The position numbers and the translations under genes are program-made. The notes beneath the pieces were generated by a model. The model saw only the letters and a program-made list of their open reading frames with translations. It made no database searches and was not told the origin of the DNA. From the NCBI RefSeq assembly GCF_006345805.1, contig NC_043000.1, forward strand, positions 129,146,001 to 129,210,000: DNA of 64,000 nt. Reading direction: 5' to 3'. Of the stretch, positions 1-14,602 are shown one piece after another. The first letter of the stretch is position 1. Each line of letters begins with the position of its first letter. This stretch comes from Octopus sinensis (lineage: Eukaryota).

Positions 1-162
1 CTTGGCTCTGACATGATTGGTTCATTCATATTTCATGGTGGTGAAAAAACAATTACTTTCCAAACACCGTAATAAGTATCAGTTGAGTACTGGGGTTAAT
101 GTAATCAACTTACCCCCTCCTCCAAAATCTCAGGCTTTGTGCCTGTAGTGGAAAGGATTATT

Positions 163-525
163 CATCATCATCATCATCGTTTAACGTCCATTTTCCATGC
201 TAGCATGGGTTGGATGGTTCAACCGGGGTCTGGGAAGCCAGGAGGCTGCACCAGGCTCCAGTCTGATCTGGCAGTGTTTCTACAGCTGGATGCCGTTCCT
301 AACACCAACCACTTCGTGAGTGTAGTGGATGCTTTTTACATGCCACCAGTATGGACACCAATCAAGGCGGTGCTGGCGTCAGCCACGTTTGGATGGAGCT
401 TTTTACAGGCCACCAGCATGGGTATCACAACTACAATTTCCATTTGATTTTTATTTTGATGTTGATATACTTGACTCAATAGGTTTCCTCAAGCACAGCA
501 GGTTGTCCTATGATCCAAGGTAAGC
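163..525 (-). mobile_element. SINE family C (GAT-repeat tail, RTE-type 3' end)
   Basis: (CAT)n-CGTTTAACGTCC...CATGCTAGCATGGGTTGG...CTACAGCTGGATGCC motif recurring many times in the window. Confidence 0.85.
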
Positions 526-1682
526 ACAGCAGATATTAATTCCACCGAGGTCAACATTGACTTTCATCCTTTCAGGGTCAATAAAATAAGTACCAGTCGA
601 ATACTAGGGTCGACATAATTGAGTATCCCCCCACCCCAAATCTCAGACCTTGTGCTTATAATAGAAAGAATTATTATTATTATTATTATACAAGTAGCAT
701 TTCTTCTGGATCTTTATGTTGAGTTCAAATTCCACCAAATTTGCCTTTCATCCATTTGGGGTCAATAAAATAAAATACTAGTCAAGTACCAGGGGTCAAT
801 GTAATCAACTTGTCTCTTCCCTCTCAAAATTACTACCAAAATTTGAAACCATTATACTGATGGATGGGCAGAATCATATGAGCATCAGAGAAAATGTCAT
901 AGTATTCATTGGACCATGATGTGTGTGTTCTTTACTTCACATTGCTCCAGTCCACTCAGCTGCTGAAAGGAGTTGTAACGTCACTGGTGCCAAGCTGCAT
1001 TGGCCTCTGTCTTTCCCTTGGACAACATCAGTAGCGTGAAGAGGAGAGGTTGGTATGCATGGGCAACTGCTGGTCTTCCATAAACAACCTTGTCCGGACT
1101 TGTGTCTTGGAGAGAAACTTTCTAGGTGCAATCCCATGGCCAATCATGACCAAAAGGGATCTTTACTCCTTACTCTAGTTCTTTACACTCTGAGTTCAAA
1201 TTCTACCTAAGTCAACTATCACTTTCATCATTTTGGGACTGATAAAAGTAAGTGCCAACATTCCCTCAACATTTCAGGCTTTGTGCCCAAGTTAGAAACA
1301 ATTATTATTTTAACCTTATTTACTCTATTACTGATGTCAACCAGTAGGCTAGAAGACAAAGGTTACAGGTTTATAGTCATTAATTTAATCATAAATGAAA
1401 ATAAACATACACACACGCAAGTAAAAGATTGTTCAATCTGCTAGATATAACAGCCAAATGACTTTAAAGAAAAATGGAAAGATGCATTGGATAATATAGT
1501 CCTAAACATATCATGTCTGGAGAAAAAAAAAGAAACAGATATTATGGTCACAGTTGGAACCAATTTCATCATAGATTTGCTAAATTTGATCATAGATCTA
1601 CTAAACCAAGTCTAAGCTGGAGCTTAACAATAACAACACACTATGCAGATTTGTTGTAAATTAAGTAAAGAATTTAGCATAA

Positions 1683-2214
1683 GCGCAGGAGTGGCTGAGT
1701 GGTAAGTAGCTTGCTTACCAACCACATGGTTCCGGGTTCAGTCCCACAGCGTGGCACCTTAGGCAAGTGTCTTCTACTATAGCCTCAGGTCGACCAAAGC
1801 CTTGTGGGTGGATTTGGTAGCCCGTCGTATATATGTATATATAAGGGCATCCAGCCATAGAAACACTGCCAGATTTGACTGGGCCTGATGAAGCCTTCTG
1901 GCTTCACAGACCCCAGTAGAACCATCCAACCCATGCTAGCATGGAAAACGGACGCTAAACGATGATGATGATGATGATATATGCGTGTGTGTTTGTGTGT
2001 CTGTGTTTGTCCCCCTAGCATTGCTTGACAACCAATGCTGGTGTGTTTATGTCCCTGTTAGTTAGCAGTTCGGCAAAAGAGACCGACAGAAAAAGTACTG
2101 GGCTTACAAAAGAATAAGTCCCGGGGTCGAGTTGCTCGATTAAAGGCGGTGCTCCAGCATGGCCGCAGTCAAATGACTGAAACAAGTAAAAGAGTATAAA
2201 AGAGTAAAAGAGTA
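1683..2214 (+). mobile_element. SINE family A (tRNA-like head, CORE-like body) with a nested family C fragment at about 1845-1976
   Basis: GCGCAGGAGTGGCTG head, GGCACCTT(A/G)GGCAAGTGTC body, CCAGCATGGCCGCAGTCAAATGACTGAAACAAGTAAAAGAG tail. Confidence 0.9.
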
Positions 2215-3943
2215 AGCGATATTTGGTTGCACTCTTTATATTCTGAGTTCAGACCCTGCACAGGTTTACTTTGCCTTTTGTTCTTCTAAGGCCAATGAAA
2301 TAAGTATTGGGATTCATATAATTGACTACACTAAAGAAGGTGATGCCCCAGTTTAGTTGTCACCCAATCAATGAATGATGCCATAAAAACTTTAGAACCA
2401 GAACAGTGGAATTGGTAAAAATGCTAAAGAGCAAGTCTAAAAGTGTAATGAAATTTAGTTCAGCATTTCAGAATTTTACAACTTAAATCACACAGATTCA
2501 ACAGTGGTGGTCATATTTAAGTAAATACCAATAACATACTGTGCATGAAATCATCTTATTCTTTCCCCATCTTATGAGATTGTCTCCCAGGGAGAAATCA
2601 TTTTATTACTTCTTGCCCCTTCTCAAATATAAAAATTTGAACCCATCTCCTTTTACATCAGACTAACCCAAAAAGTAGTACAAATTAGTCAAGCATGAAG
2701 AGAATTGGTCTATTTTATGCAGGAACTTTCAGCTATTGGCTTTTCCTCTTCCTCAAAGAATTCTAATTTATTCCCCACTTGCCTAGACGTAAACTATCAC
2801 TACTTTACTCAGATTCTAGTTTTTTACTCACTAAGTGTATGTAGGTATGACTATGTAGTTAACCAGTTTCTTTTGCAACGATCAAGTCCTGCATTTAATT
2901 TCAGTGTCTTGCATTTTGAGCAAGTTTATTTTGCTATAACTTCTGGTCAACCAAAGTCTGTGGTGGAAACTTTGTAGAAGTATCAGATGAGATTGTACCA
3001 GGTGACATAGAGGCTCCCCCATTAACTCATACAGAACGTAAGTTTACTCTTATGGAACACCTACGTTCATGTATAAGTGTAAACAATCAGACCAAATACA
3101 AAGTTTTCTCACCACCACCTACATTTTTCCTACAGATGTTCAGTCTGGGCATTATTCACACCACACCGGGAAATTGTAAAAAAATTAATAAAGACTAAAC
3201 TTGTAAATTTACTTTATACATTGCAAGTTAGTGACTTTCCCGTGTCTGATGCAATCTCAACCGTCTGAAAAAAAAAAAACTAAAGGTCATCTGCTTTATT
3301 TCACAACTTAATTGAAAAATATAAAAAAATGTACATGTGTGTATATATATATATATATATGTTAATGTTCTCTTTATGCTACATGTATGTATAGATGTTA
3401 ATGCATGCATGTGTGGAGAGTGGGGTGGAAGGGAAGAGGAATAAAAAGGAAGTCAAGCATTAAGGTCAAATGACATTCAAAACATGGAACACTGTTTACA
3501 CAATCTTGAAGTAGAGCAGAATAAAATTGGGTTAGCATCTAGAATGGTGAATTACTAGTGAGTGACCAACCACTTTCATTAATGAGTATATGTGGGTGTT
3601 GGCACATACCATACACACACACACACACACACACACATACCATGTATGCAAGCCTATTTTGGGTTTTTTTAAAGAATGTTTTTCATAAGATGGCCAAAGG
3701 AGACAACTCTCAAATTAGTGAGTCTGGTGTGATTATTATTCAGCTTATACATACACAAGTCAAGTAGCAGGCACAGCTAAATGGTTAACAAGTTTGCTTG
3801 GCAATCACAAGGTCTTGGGTTCAATCCCACTGCATGGCATCTTAGCATAGCCAGGAGTGAACACAAGCCATGTGAATTAAATTTGGTAGGTGGCAGGTTA
3901 TGCCAAAGCCTATCAGATGGATTGGTCTAGTAATTAATTCAAA

Positions 3944-4167
3944 GGCGGCGAGCTGGCAGAAACGTTAGCATGCTGGGCAAAATGCTTAGCGGTATTTTGT
4001 CTGTCTTTACGTTCTGAGTTCAAATTCCATCAAGGTCAACTTTGCCTTTCATCCTTTCGGGATCGATAAATTAAGTACCACTTACGCACTGGGGTTGATG
4101 TAATCAGCTTAATTCCTTTGTTTGTCCCCTCTTCTTTTAGCCCCTTGTGGGCAATAAAGAAATAGGT
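3944..4167 (+). mobile_element. SINE family B (GGCGGCGAGCTGGCAGAA head), tail type 2
   Basis: A/B-box-like head, GTTCAAATTCC, TTTGCCTTTCATCCTTTCGGG body, TTTAGCCCCTTGTGGGCAATAAAGAAATA tail. Confidence 0.88.
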
Positions 4168-4293
4168 AATTAATTCAAAGGTCCAGCCTTGTCATGTGCT
4201 GTGCCACACTGTTTCAACTCAGAAAATTACATTAAGGGTAGACAAACCTGTGGAATACTCACCCACTTATACATTAATTTAAGAAATCAGACA

Positions 4294-4706
4294 TTCAGGA
4301 GTGGCTGTGTGGTAAGTAGCTTGCTAACCAACCACATGGTTCTGGGTTCAGTCCCACTGCGTGGCACCTTGGGCAAGTGTCTTCTGCTATAGCCCCGGGC
4401 CAACCAATGCCTTGTGAGTGGATTTGGTAGACGGAAACTGAAATAAGCCTGTCGTATATATGTATATATATATATATGTATGTGTGTATGTGTTTGTGTG
4501 TCTGTGTTTGTCTCCCTAGCATTGCTTGACAACTGATACTGGTGTCTTTACGTCCCTATCACTTAGCGGTTCGGCAAAAGAGACCGATAGAATAAGTACT
4601 GGGCTTACAAAGAATAAGTCCCGGGGTCGATTTGCTCGACTAAATGCGGTGCTCCAGCATGGTCGCAGTCAAATGACTGAAACAAGTAAAAGAGAAAGAG
4701 AGAGAG
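4294..4706 (+). mobile_element. SINE family A
   Basis: Near full-length match to the other family A copies. Confidence 0.9.
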
Positions 4707-4763
4707 TTAATCAAGCAACTGAATGCTTATCAATGAAATCAAAAGAGAATCCATCAACTGAGG

Positions 4764-5366
4764 CAGTGGCTCTCAACCAGGGTCCATATAAAATTTTGTA
4801 GTTTATGTGCAATAAATTGGTTACACTTCTACAATGCACAAAATATTTTTAATTTTTTATACAATTCCTAATATCTTTATATATAAAAGTCAAGTTGTGT
4901 GTCTCTTACGATTTAGATTCCTAACTACTCCCACATTTTGCGGTGCAGTTTAACCAAAACAGGGTATCTTATAGTCGTGATTCATATCGAGCCCTTCTGG
5001 GTATTAGCGCGCGTTTACGATGAGTCTACGATTTTAAAAATAATTTACCATCATTTTTTCCATTTTAATGCATATTTTTAAATATAAGGGAAGTAACTCC
5101 CTAAAAATGTCTACAATGGGAACGATTTTTAAAAAAATTTACCATAATTTTTTTTTCATTTTTATGCATTTTTTGGCTATAACTCTCTAAAAATGCTTAT
5201 ATAGATATTTCCCTTTCAAACCCGAGCAACGCCGGGCGATACTGCTAGTATAATTATAAAAATATAATTGGATCTCTTAAACAACAAATGACTATGTGGA
5301 CCCACCTGAATAAAAACAAAATCGAAAGGTACCATAGGTAAAAACAAATATGGTTGGGAAACACTG
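4764..5366. mobile_element. hAT-like MITE interrupted by a Helitron
   Basis: TIRs CAGTGGCTCTCAACC / GGTTGGGAAACACTG; imperfect 8-bp TSD aactgagg/atctaagg; related copy at 46175-47233. Confidence 0.7.
4874..5248 (+). mobile_element. Non-autonomous Helitron
   Basis: 5' TC, 3' CTAG, subterminal hairpin CCCGAGCAACGCCGGG, inserted between A and T; homologous to 20089-20875. Confidence 0.88.
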
Positions 5367-8300
5367 ATCTAAGGTAATGCCTGTGTAAACTTAAAAAATA
5401 TCCAGATCAATGTCAGTAATTTGATAGCAGCACTGTTGGTGTGCACAGGTAAATGCCTCACAGGTATTTATTCTGGATCTCTGTGCTCTGAGTTCAAATC
5501 CCACTGAGGTAAACTTTACCTTTCCTTCTTTTGGTTGTTGATAACCGAAATACCAGCCACAGGTGGTGGTAGGTTGACAAAATTGGTAGAATGATAAACA
5601 GGATGTCTTGCAGTAACTTTTCTGGTTCTGTACATTCTTAATTTTAAAAAATCTTGTCCTAGATCACTATTGCAGTAAAGTAACTTTTGGAGGGACTAAA
5701 CAAGGAAAAACAAAACCCCACAAAACTCCAAAAAGCTCCTTCCTTTATTTAATAGGGACAAACTAAGAGTACTAAGTCCTTGTAGAAGGTGATGGTGGTG
5801 ATGAAGATGATGATGATGATGAGGGAATTTCAGATGCTTACAGTTCTGAACAAAATGTTTAGTGCAAGGGCTAGGAGGTGAGAAACAATAAAGAAAGATA
5901 AGAAGATGATCAAACCAAAGAGGAAAACCTATAGGATCACATGATCCGTCAAAAATGACTGCTAAGTTTCCCTCATATCACACCCTACAGTCTTAAAAAG
6001 GGAAGAGTCATAGTGGATAATGTAATCCTAGATTAGACTGCGCTTGAACCAAAAGCAAAACAGGTTGGTCACATATTGAATACTTTGATCAGAGATCTGT
6101 TGCATCAAAGATGACCAAGGGTTAAACAACATCAAAGAGGAGAAAGACAGAAAGGTTAGACAATTAGGCCCTGATAGAAGAAGTATGAAACCTGCTAGTT
6201 CAGTAGAGCAGAGGCCATTGTAGTAGCAGTAGAAGAGGCAGAGAGTAGAAGCAGAATATCATGGTTGTAGCATGTTGGTAATTAAATCGTTACCAATCAA
6301 ATAAATGGAGTTCAAGGATGTTTGTGGTGTATAGTAAGTACACTGTTCCATAGATTTGTTCACTATTCCAATCTGGGTTTTATTTATGCCTTCGAGAAGA
6401 TTAGCACTGAAAGAGGGCTCAAGTCATTCATTACTAGCTATGTATCAGTTATGAAATACAGATTATGTCAGCCTACATATATAAGGGATCATCTGAATGA
6501 TTATTGATCTGCTAGAAATAGCAGCTTAATCTCCCTCAAATCAAACAGTTACATGTCAACCAACACACAGGAGTAATTTTATGCTGTTTCTCATGTACAA
6601 TATGTGAAGGATAAATATTGTAAGCTTTACATTAACACATACATACTCAGCTACAAGCTACATACACCAACCTACACACCCACACAAGCCATACATCAAC
6701 ATATACATGTGTCCAAACATATCACCACAGCTAAGAAAGGGACAATACAAAATATAAAACAGAAACAGTGGGGAATTTGCATTTAATAAGGAGAACTCAA
6801 CTATAACAATAAAACCAACAACAAAGTAACAATAAATAACAAAAACAAGAACATAACAAGCAACAATTCTCAAAACTGGGTACAATCACATCAGATGACT
6901 CTGGGACCTCACACAAAGCACTGGAATATCCTAACGTGTTAAAGTAGGCACCTTCTCACGGTTCTTGTCACTAGTTTGCTGCTTACATGACAACAGGAAT
7001 ATTTAGCAACACCATTCTAACTACACTCTCTCACCCTCTGTAAAATCTCAAAAAGTAAACAACTTTCTCCCTCACACACCCATCTTTCTGTCCACTTTCC
7101 TCTTCAAGTGTTACTAGAAAATAAAGTCATGGATGCTGTCCTTTCCAAATGATACTTGGCTCCAAAAGAAAAAAAGTTTTCTCCTTAACATTTTCAATTG
7201 TGACCACCTCACACAGAGACACCAGGCTAGAGATTCTCCACTAGCCATGTAACATTCAAACCAGCTGCATCTGGCCTCAATATTCTATCTGTTTTATGAT
7301 AAACCTGGTCAAATCTAGCCTTTCGTAACTATCTTACAAAAAAATAAGCCATCACATGATGAAAATCTCTTATCTACAAGAGAAAGCACAATTAATTCAA
7401 AACAATATGAATAAATAAGGATCACATTTGAGAAAGTAATCTGAATGCTAAACAGCAAGTGTTACATGGAAAATTTTGAGTAGTTTACAAGGAAATTGGG
7501 TTAATGAATGATAATTTTGATAAAAAGTGATATGCAAATGCATACCATGGTTTCTAAGAATATATGTTTATTTCCTGTCTGGTATAATGTATTATAATTT
7601 ATGTTGGCAATATTGTAAATGGATATAATTTCTAGGATTTAAAATTATAATTTTATCGAATATTTAATTACTGCATGAGTTAATTAAGTAATCTGTATAC
7701 TAATAAAATAGTACATTCCTTCCTAGCATTATGAGTAATGCTAACTCAAAGTCAGAAAGAAATAGTTGGGAGCTGTGTTAGTGATGTTAGAAGGGGCTCT
7801 GGCAGTGTCATTAATGTTGATAGTGGAAAATGGAGAGAGGTACAAAGAGACAGAAGGAAAGAAAAAAAGAAGGATGGAAATAGCAGAATAAAGAAAGACA
7901 GAGAATTCTCAAAGGTGTGAGACAGTAAAAGTGGGAGCTAAAGTAAAGAGAAAGAGGGTGAGAGTGATGTATAAAAATTTAAACACAAAGAGGGAGAAGA
8001 GAAAGAATATCAAGGGGCAGAACACTGCACCTTTAATTATCTCATTCTCTTATTTCAAAATCTAAGTTTCTTTACTGAACCAACACACATACACACACAC
8101 ACCCACACCAAAGTCCCAAAAGAAATCTTTCAATTTTTGGAAAAATTAAAGGATGAGTTTCACTGTTTTTTCCAAGAGTCAATCCAAGAGAATGTCGTGA
8201 TGAACGTCAAACTATTCCTCACAAAAATCAATAAAACTTCAGAGCCATTTCTTAAGGAATTCTTAGAATCAAAGAACAACTTTACTGCATAAGTTCTTCA

Positions 8301-9059
8301 CAACAGTTCATCCCTCAAAAGCTTTTGGGCCCACCTGTCAAAACACTACTCAGGTGTCACAGATTATGCACTCAGAATCCTTTTCCCCTTTGCAGCTAAG
8401 TATTTTTGTGAATGTGGGTCTTCTGGTCTCAAGATCAAATCAAATGACAGAAACTGTATGACTGTTGAAAATAATCTGTGTTAGAGCAAATATTCAACCA
8501 AAAATAGATAAAACTAGAAAAGCACTCAGAGAGCGCAGACCTCCACCAAGCAGCTTGTTTCCACCCATATATGCAGAAAATCGCCCAATTTCCCAAACTA
8601 ATGCTGGCAAAAACATAACCTTTTTGGCAGGGGTAAAAAAAATAATAACACAGCCATATGATTTTAAGAAAAAAAACCCTTTAAAAACAGGAATCATCTG
8701 AAGCAGTTCACAACCACCAACATCATCAGCAGCATTGTCATTGCTTCCACTTCAACCAGATACACCCGCCATCAATGTTATCATGCCGGATACCTTGACA
8801 GTCACTTTCACCACCACAACCAGTATAATCACTGCAATACCACCATCACACAACTAACACTATCATCAACACCACTATTACCACCATCACCTCAGCATCA
8901 CACCGCTCCTGTTGCTATTATAACCACCGATACTATTTTATCCTCCTCCTATACTTATCTCAACCATTGTCCTCATCAACACTGTCTCTAAACAGCAACG
9001 CCACCATAGGTTACGTGGAAACGATGTGTTTTAAAGGGAGATAATCAAAGAATGTAACG

Positions 9060-9288
9060 TAATATTTCATGTAAAGTAAATATAACAAATGAAAAATCCT
9101 TCAAGAATCCATAAAAATTCCTGGATCACTACCAAAATTTCATCATCTGTTCCTTGTGTCATTACTAACTTTTCCCGCAAGTTTCATCAAATACTGTTCA
9201 CAGCTTTTTGAGTTATTTTGCACACAGACTGACAGATGGGCAAACCAACGCCAATGAAAACATAACCTCCTTCCTTGGGGGAGGTAAT
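9060..9288 (-). mobile_element. Helentron-associated (HINE/DINE-1-like) element fragment
   Basis: Minus strand begins TTACCTCCCCCAAGGAAGGAGGTTATGTTTTC, a subterminal inverted-repeat start, followed by a short GTTT/TCTG-type tract. Confidence 0.55.
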
Positions 9289-9368
9289 TATAGCTGCCAA
9301 CTGTTTTTAAAGCTGTCTGTCACATATTACAATAATATTAAATAGAGTATTAAATAGAATATTAAATA

Positions 9369-9539
9369 GGCGCAGGAGTGGCTGTGTGGTAAGTAGCTTG
9401 CTTACCAACCACATGGTTCCGGGTTCAGTCCCACTGCGTGGCACCTTGGGCAAGTGTCTTCTACTATAGCCTCGGGCTGACCAAAGCCTTGTGAGTGGAT
9501 TTCGTAGATGGAAACTGAAAGAAGCCTGTCGTATATATG

Positions 9540-9570
<31 letters not shown>

Positions 9571-9780
9571 ATGTGTTTGTGTGTCTGTCTTTGTCCCTCT
9601 AGCATTGCTTGACAACCAATGCTGGTGTGTTTATATCCCCGTCACTTAGCGGTTCGGCAAAAGAGACCGATAGAATAAGTACTGGGCTTACAAAGTAAGT
9701 ACTCGACTAAAGGCGGTGCTCCAGCATGGCCGCAGTCAAATGACTGAAACAAGTAAAAGAGTAAAGAGTAAAAAGAGAGA
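9369..9780 (+). mobile_element. SINE family A
   Basis: Full head-to-tail match. Confidence 0.92.
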
Positions 9781-10894
9781 GTATGTCTATAGTCTTATAC
9801 ATTAAAATTTATCAGTATGTCTTCATGTGTTTGTTTATCTTAAATGTTTTCCATTGCATTGTGTTACCTGATATTTAATTGGATTTGTTCTGTTGAACTG
9901 CATTTGGTTTTAAGCATAAGAGGCCCAGCAAGATATTCAATAAATCAAAGTAATTCCATGATATGAAACAAGTAACCACTGCACGAGGCACCAGCAATTC
10001 CTTGTCAAAAGAAGCTGAGATTAAACATTCTTGACAAACTTGACAAACTTGACTAATAGTCAAATTTGTTCTACACATGACAACTGTTTAAGAAAAGCAC
10101 AAATCAGTAATGCACAAATGAGAGCACATATAAGACAGTTTTGTTACCCTTAACCGACTTCTAACAGATTCAGTTGTGAGGAGCTCCAAATGAGAGATTT
10201 TTGGAAAACCTGTTCACAATCCTGAATTTGAAACTTCTCCAAAAGAGACTAACCAAACTGATTTTGTTGCCACCTGGAAATTGTTTCCAGGCTGTCATCA
10301 CTTGTAACCTTCACTACAGAATGCAATGGTTGATGGTTTGGCTACATTGAGCAGTTGATGGAGTGCATTAGCACTTGGCAGCATTCTAAATGGCAAACAG
10401 TGAATAAATGATAATAGAAGCTATATGTAAGCTGACGCACAGCAACAAGATGTGCGTCAATTGATGCACACACGCTAAGAGTCATGCAGACACATACACA
10501 AGACAAGTTATGTTGGCATGCACACACACAAACTATGAGTCAGTTCTCCCCACCCTCTCTCTCACACACAGAGCAACAAGCTGTGTGTCAGTTGACATAC
10601 AGCAGTATACTATATCTCAACTGAAAGAGAACAGTAATATATGAAATATGGAAAGCGCAAAAAAGAGCAAAATAATGATAAAGATATGATAAAGAAAACA
10701 CAAACCACTTCTGCCAATTTTCCAATCAATTGTAAACCTTATATACATACTAAATACTGTAATATTATACAATACATACACACATATATCTGTTTGTGTG
10801 TACTGTCGTCTAGACATCACGTGGTTGTTGTAAATGAGTAACATGATATAAGTGAGGTTGTTTGTTTCCAGGCTTCATTGAAAAACAAGTCTAA

Positions 10895-11158
10895 GGTTGG
10901 TGACAAGATGGGCATCTGGCAGTACAAAATCTGCCTCAATAAATTCCATCTGACCCATGCAAATATAGAAGCTTGGGCATTAAATGATGATGATATATAT
11001 CATCATCATCATCGTTTAACATCCGCTTTCCATGTTAGCATGGGTTGGATGATTTGACTGAGGTCTGGCAAACCAGATGGCTGCACCAGACTTCAATCTG
11101 ATCTGGCAGAGTTTCTACAGCTGGATGCCCTTACTAACATCAACCACTCCAAGAGTGT
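10895..11158. mobile_element. Two SINE family C fragments tail to tail
   Basis: Plus-strand copy ending in (GAT)n at about 10993, minus-strand copy starting at (CAT)n 11001. Confidence 0.7.
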
Positions 11159-11159
11159 A

Positions 11160-11205
<46 letters not shown>

Positions 11206-11314
11206 TACGGACTGTACTGTAATCATCCCAGGAATATGGACTATGATCTTAAGAAACATGATTTGTGGAAACACACATAATAATGCATTAAATATTTATA
11301 AATTCAATTCATGG

Positions 11315-11349
<35 letters not shown>

Positions 11350-12404
11350 ACATACAAACACTAAACACTGTAATTTTGTATAATCTATACATACAAAATA
11401 TAATAGTGTATATCATCATCATCATTTAAAGTCAAGTTTCCATGCTGGCATGGGTTGGATGGCCTGAAAGAATCTGATGAGCCGCAAGGCTGCAGTAAGC
11501 CCTAATGTCTGCATTAGCATGGCTTCTGTGGCTGGATTACCTTCCTAATGTCAACCACTCTACAGAATGTACTGAGAGCTTTTTCTATGGCACCAACATG
11601 AGTGAGGTCACTGAGTAACTAAGAGGAGAGAACCCCTTAATTTAGTGGAGGTGTAGTACTAAAAGTTGTGGATTTCTGCCTAGTGTTAAGTAGTTAAGGT
11701 ATAGTTGAGGGACATAAACAAGTGCCTTGCTGTTAATGAGATACATGGCTACCCCAGCTGGAAAGAGAGAAAAGAGGTGGTAGTGATGAAGTATCAGGGC
11801 ATATCCTCAGTGTACAAGAAGGTGAGTATAAGAGGGAATAGGGACAGAGGATTGGAAATGGTGGATGGGAAGTAAGTAAACAAGAGTGTGAAAGGAGTTA
11901 CGGATGGTTAGAGAGGGGGATAGAGGTTAATGCAGTGAATGGGGAAGAGGTGGATGCATGGCCAATGATGAAAACCAGTCTGAAGGGAAATGAAGGAAAT
12001 GAGGTCAGGGATAAGGAAGAAGAGGATGACAGTATGAAAGAAAGGGAGCGGAGGACAACAGATGAGAAATAGAGATATAATGCGAAGTGTGGCGGATTGA
12101 GAGAGGGATACACAGTGACAGAGGTCAGAGGAACATAAGGGAAATAGGGAGTGACAAACCAAAGTGGGGACATGAAAGGCAGCAATGATGTAGTAAGGGA
12201 AGATATTGGGAATGCGGGATGGATGACAAAAGGAACTGGTTCAATAAAAAGGGATAACTGATAGCACAGGAAGGAGTCCTATAATTACAGCACCTGATAG
12301 AAGAGTGTCATAATCAGAAGAGTGATGGTGGGATGAGTGCTAGAAAGATGAACACTTCTTAGAGACAGACTGGGTGAGGAATCATAGACATAAATGATAT
12401 GCTT

Positions 12405-12830
12405 TTAGGACCTCATTTGTACCAAGATGGGTAGATCTTTTTGCGCACAGCACATTATCAATTATCTAAGTCCTTTGACTTCTCTGTAAGACTCAACATC
12501 CTGAGGTCATACTTCACTACATCGTTCCACATCTTCCATTCACTCTTAACAATTAGCAAATCTTTAAGCAGCTGCCCTCATCCATACACATCACATGACC
12601 ATACCAGTACAGTTTCTTTCTTATACATTACACCTGGTGTTTCTTATGCTCAATTTTACTTTCAACACATCTGCACTTAGTCATATATGCACACTGATGT
12701 TGCACATCCAAAGCATGTGAGCCACTCGTCTTTGCATATTCTTTGCATTCATGGCCCACATTTCACTCCCATGTAGTACTGATGTTCATACACAAATATC
12801 ATACAAGATGCCTTTAACTTTAGAAGAGAT
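12405..12830 (-). mobile_element. RTE-clade LINE fossil, 3' end of ORF2
   Basis: Minus-strand translation gives KVKGILYD..V..SVLHGSEMWAM, MLWMCN and WYGHVMCMDE, typical of RTE RT C-termini, with stops and frameshifts. Confidence 0.8.
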
Positions 12831-13289
12831 GCTTTTATATGTTCTTCAGTTGGTCTTAATTCAAGCAACTATATATTCTAAACACTGCAGTGTTGTATAA
12901 TATATATGAATATACACACGCGTGCACATGCACTAAATACTGTAATACAGCATAGTATAAAAATTCTACATGATGTAATATTGTACAATCAAATTGTTTA
13001 GTGATGATAATCTGTTTGAGTCATCAGCATTAGATCAAAGAATGTAGCAATTATCTACAAATGAGCTGGGGTAATAAAAATATCTGAGATACTAAAGAAG
13101 CAAGCCATACATGGTTCCCATTCAATATGCTCCTTTGTTCAAATTCTGTTTCAATTAACTCTGTTTCCTTTGTTCAAATTCTGTTTCAATTAACTCCTGT
13201 TCTTTATAAAGAAGTCAATCCAATAACCATAACCAAGTCATTTACAAAATTGCTCCCCATCTAGAAAAAGCCCATTATTATTGTTGCTG

Positions 13290-14570
13290 ATAAGGTGATG
13301 AGCTGGCAGAATTATTAGCATGATAGGGTATGTTCTGAGTTCAAATTCCACCGAGGTCAACTTTGCCTTTCACCCTTTCATGTCAATAAAAGGAGTACTG
13401 GTTGAGCACTGGGATTGATGGAATCAACTAGCCCCACCAATTTTCAGGCCTTCCGACCATACTGACATCACCTTCAAGTGTTTTTCAGTCATAGAGATCC
13501 CAGGACTTAGTTTTTTAAAGCCTAGTACTTATTCTCTCAGACTCATTTGCCGAAACACTAAGTTAATGGGGACACAATACACCATCATTGGTTGTGAAGT
13601 AGTAGTAGGGGACAAACATTTTATATATATATATATATACGATGGGCTTCTGTCAGTTTTTGTCTACTAAACCCACTCACAAGGTTTTGGTTGGCCTGAG
13701 GCAATAGTAGAAGACACTTGTCCAATGTGTCGTGTAGTGGGACTGAATCCGGAACCATGTTGTTGGGAAGCAAGCTTCTTACCACCCAGCCATGCTTGTG
13801 CCTAAAGAATTATAATTATTGGTGTTATTAAAGGTAATAGCATGGCTGGATTGCTGGAAAAATGGCTTCTGTTATTTTAAGGTCCTTTACTTTCTGGGTT
13901 CAAATTTGTTGAGGTCAACTTTGTGTCTCATCCTTCTGGGATTAACAAAAAGTGTACCAGTTAAGGACTGGGGTTGATATCAATTAAATCCCCCCCTCCA
14001 ATTTTCAGAGCTTACTAGAAACAATTCCTTTCCATCCCTTGTTTTTCCCTTTTGTAAAGCTTCACAAAAATTGTAAACAGTCCCTGTTATGTCCACCTTG
14101 TCAGATGACCTTGTGGCAAATAAAAGAAATCATCATTATAATCAATATTATTATCACAGAGACAGTAAGTTGGCTGAATTGTTAACCTGTCAGATATACT
14201 TTTTGTCATTTCTTCCGTGTCTTTATGTTTTGAGTTCAAATCTCACTGAAGTTAACTTCATTTTTCATCTTTTGATACAATAAGGCGCCAATCAAGTACT
14301 GGGGTTGATGCAATCAACTTGCCCCCTCCTCTCAAAATTGCTGATGTTGTGCTAAAATTTGAAAGAATTATTATTATTATTAAGGCAGCAAGCTGAACAT
14401 AAAAACAGCATTTCGTTTGTCTTTCTGTTCCAAGTTCAAATTCTGCCAAGGTCAACTTTGCCCTTCATCCTTCTGAGGGTGATAAAATAAGTACAAGTTG
14501 AGCACTGGGGTTGATGTAATCAGCTAATTCCCTTTCCAAAATTTCAGACCTTGTGCCTATAGTAAAAAGG

Positions 14571-14602
<32 letters not shown>

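Noticed and set aside
8700-9010. Thr/His-rich mucin-like coding region
   Set aside because: Degenerate (ACC/ATC)n low-complexity tract with no splice or ORF support.
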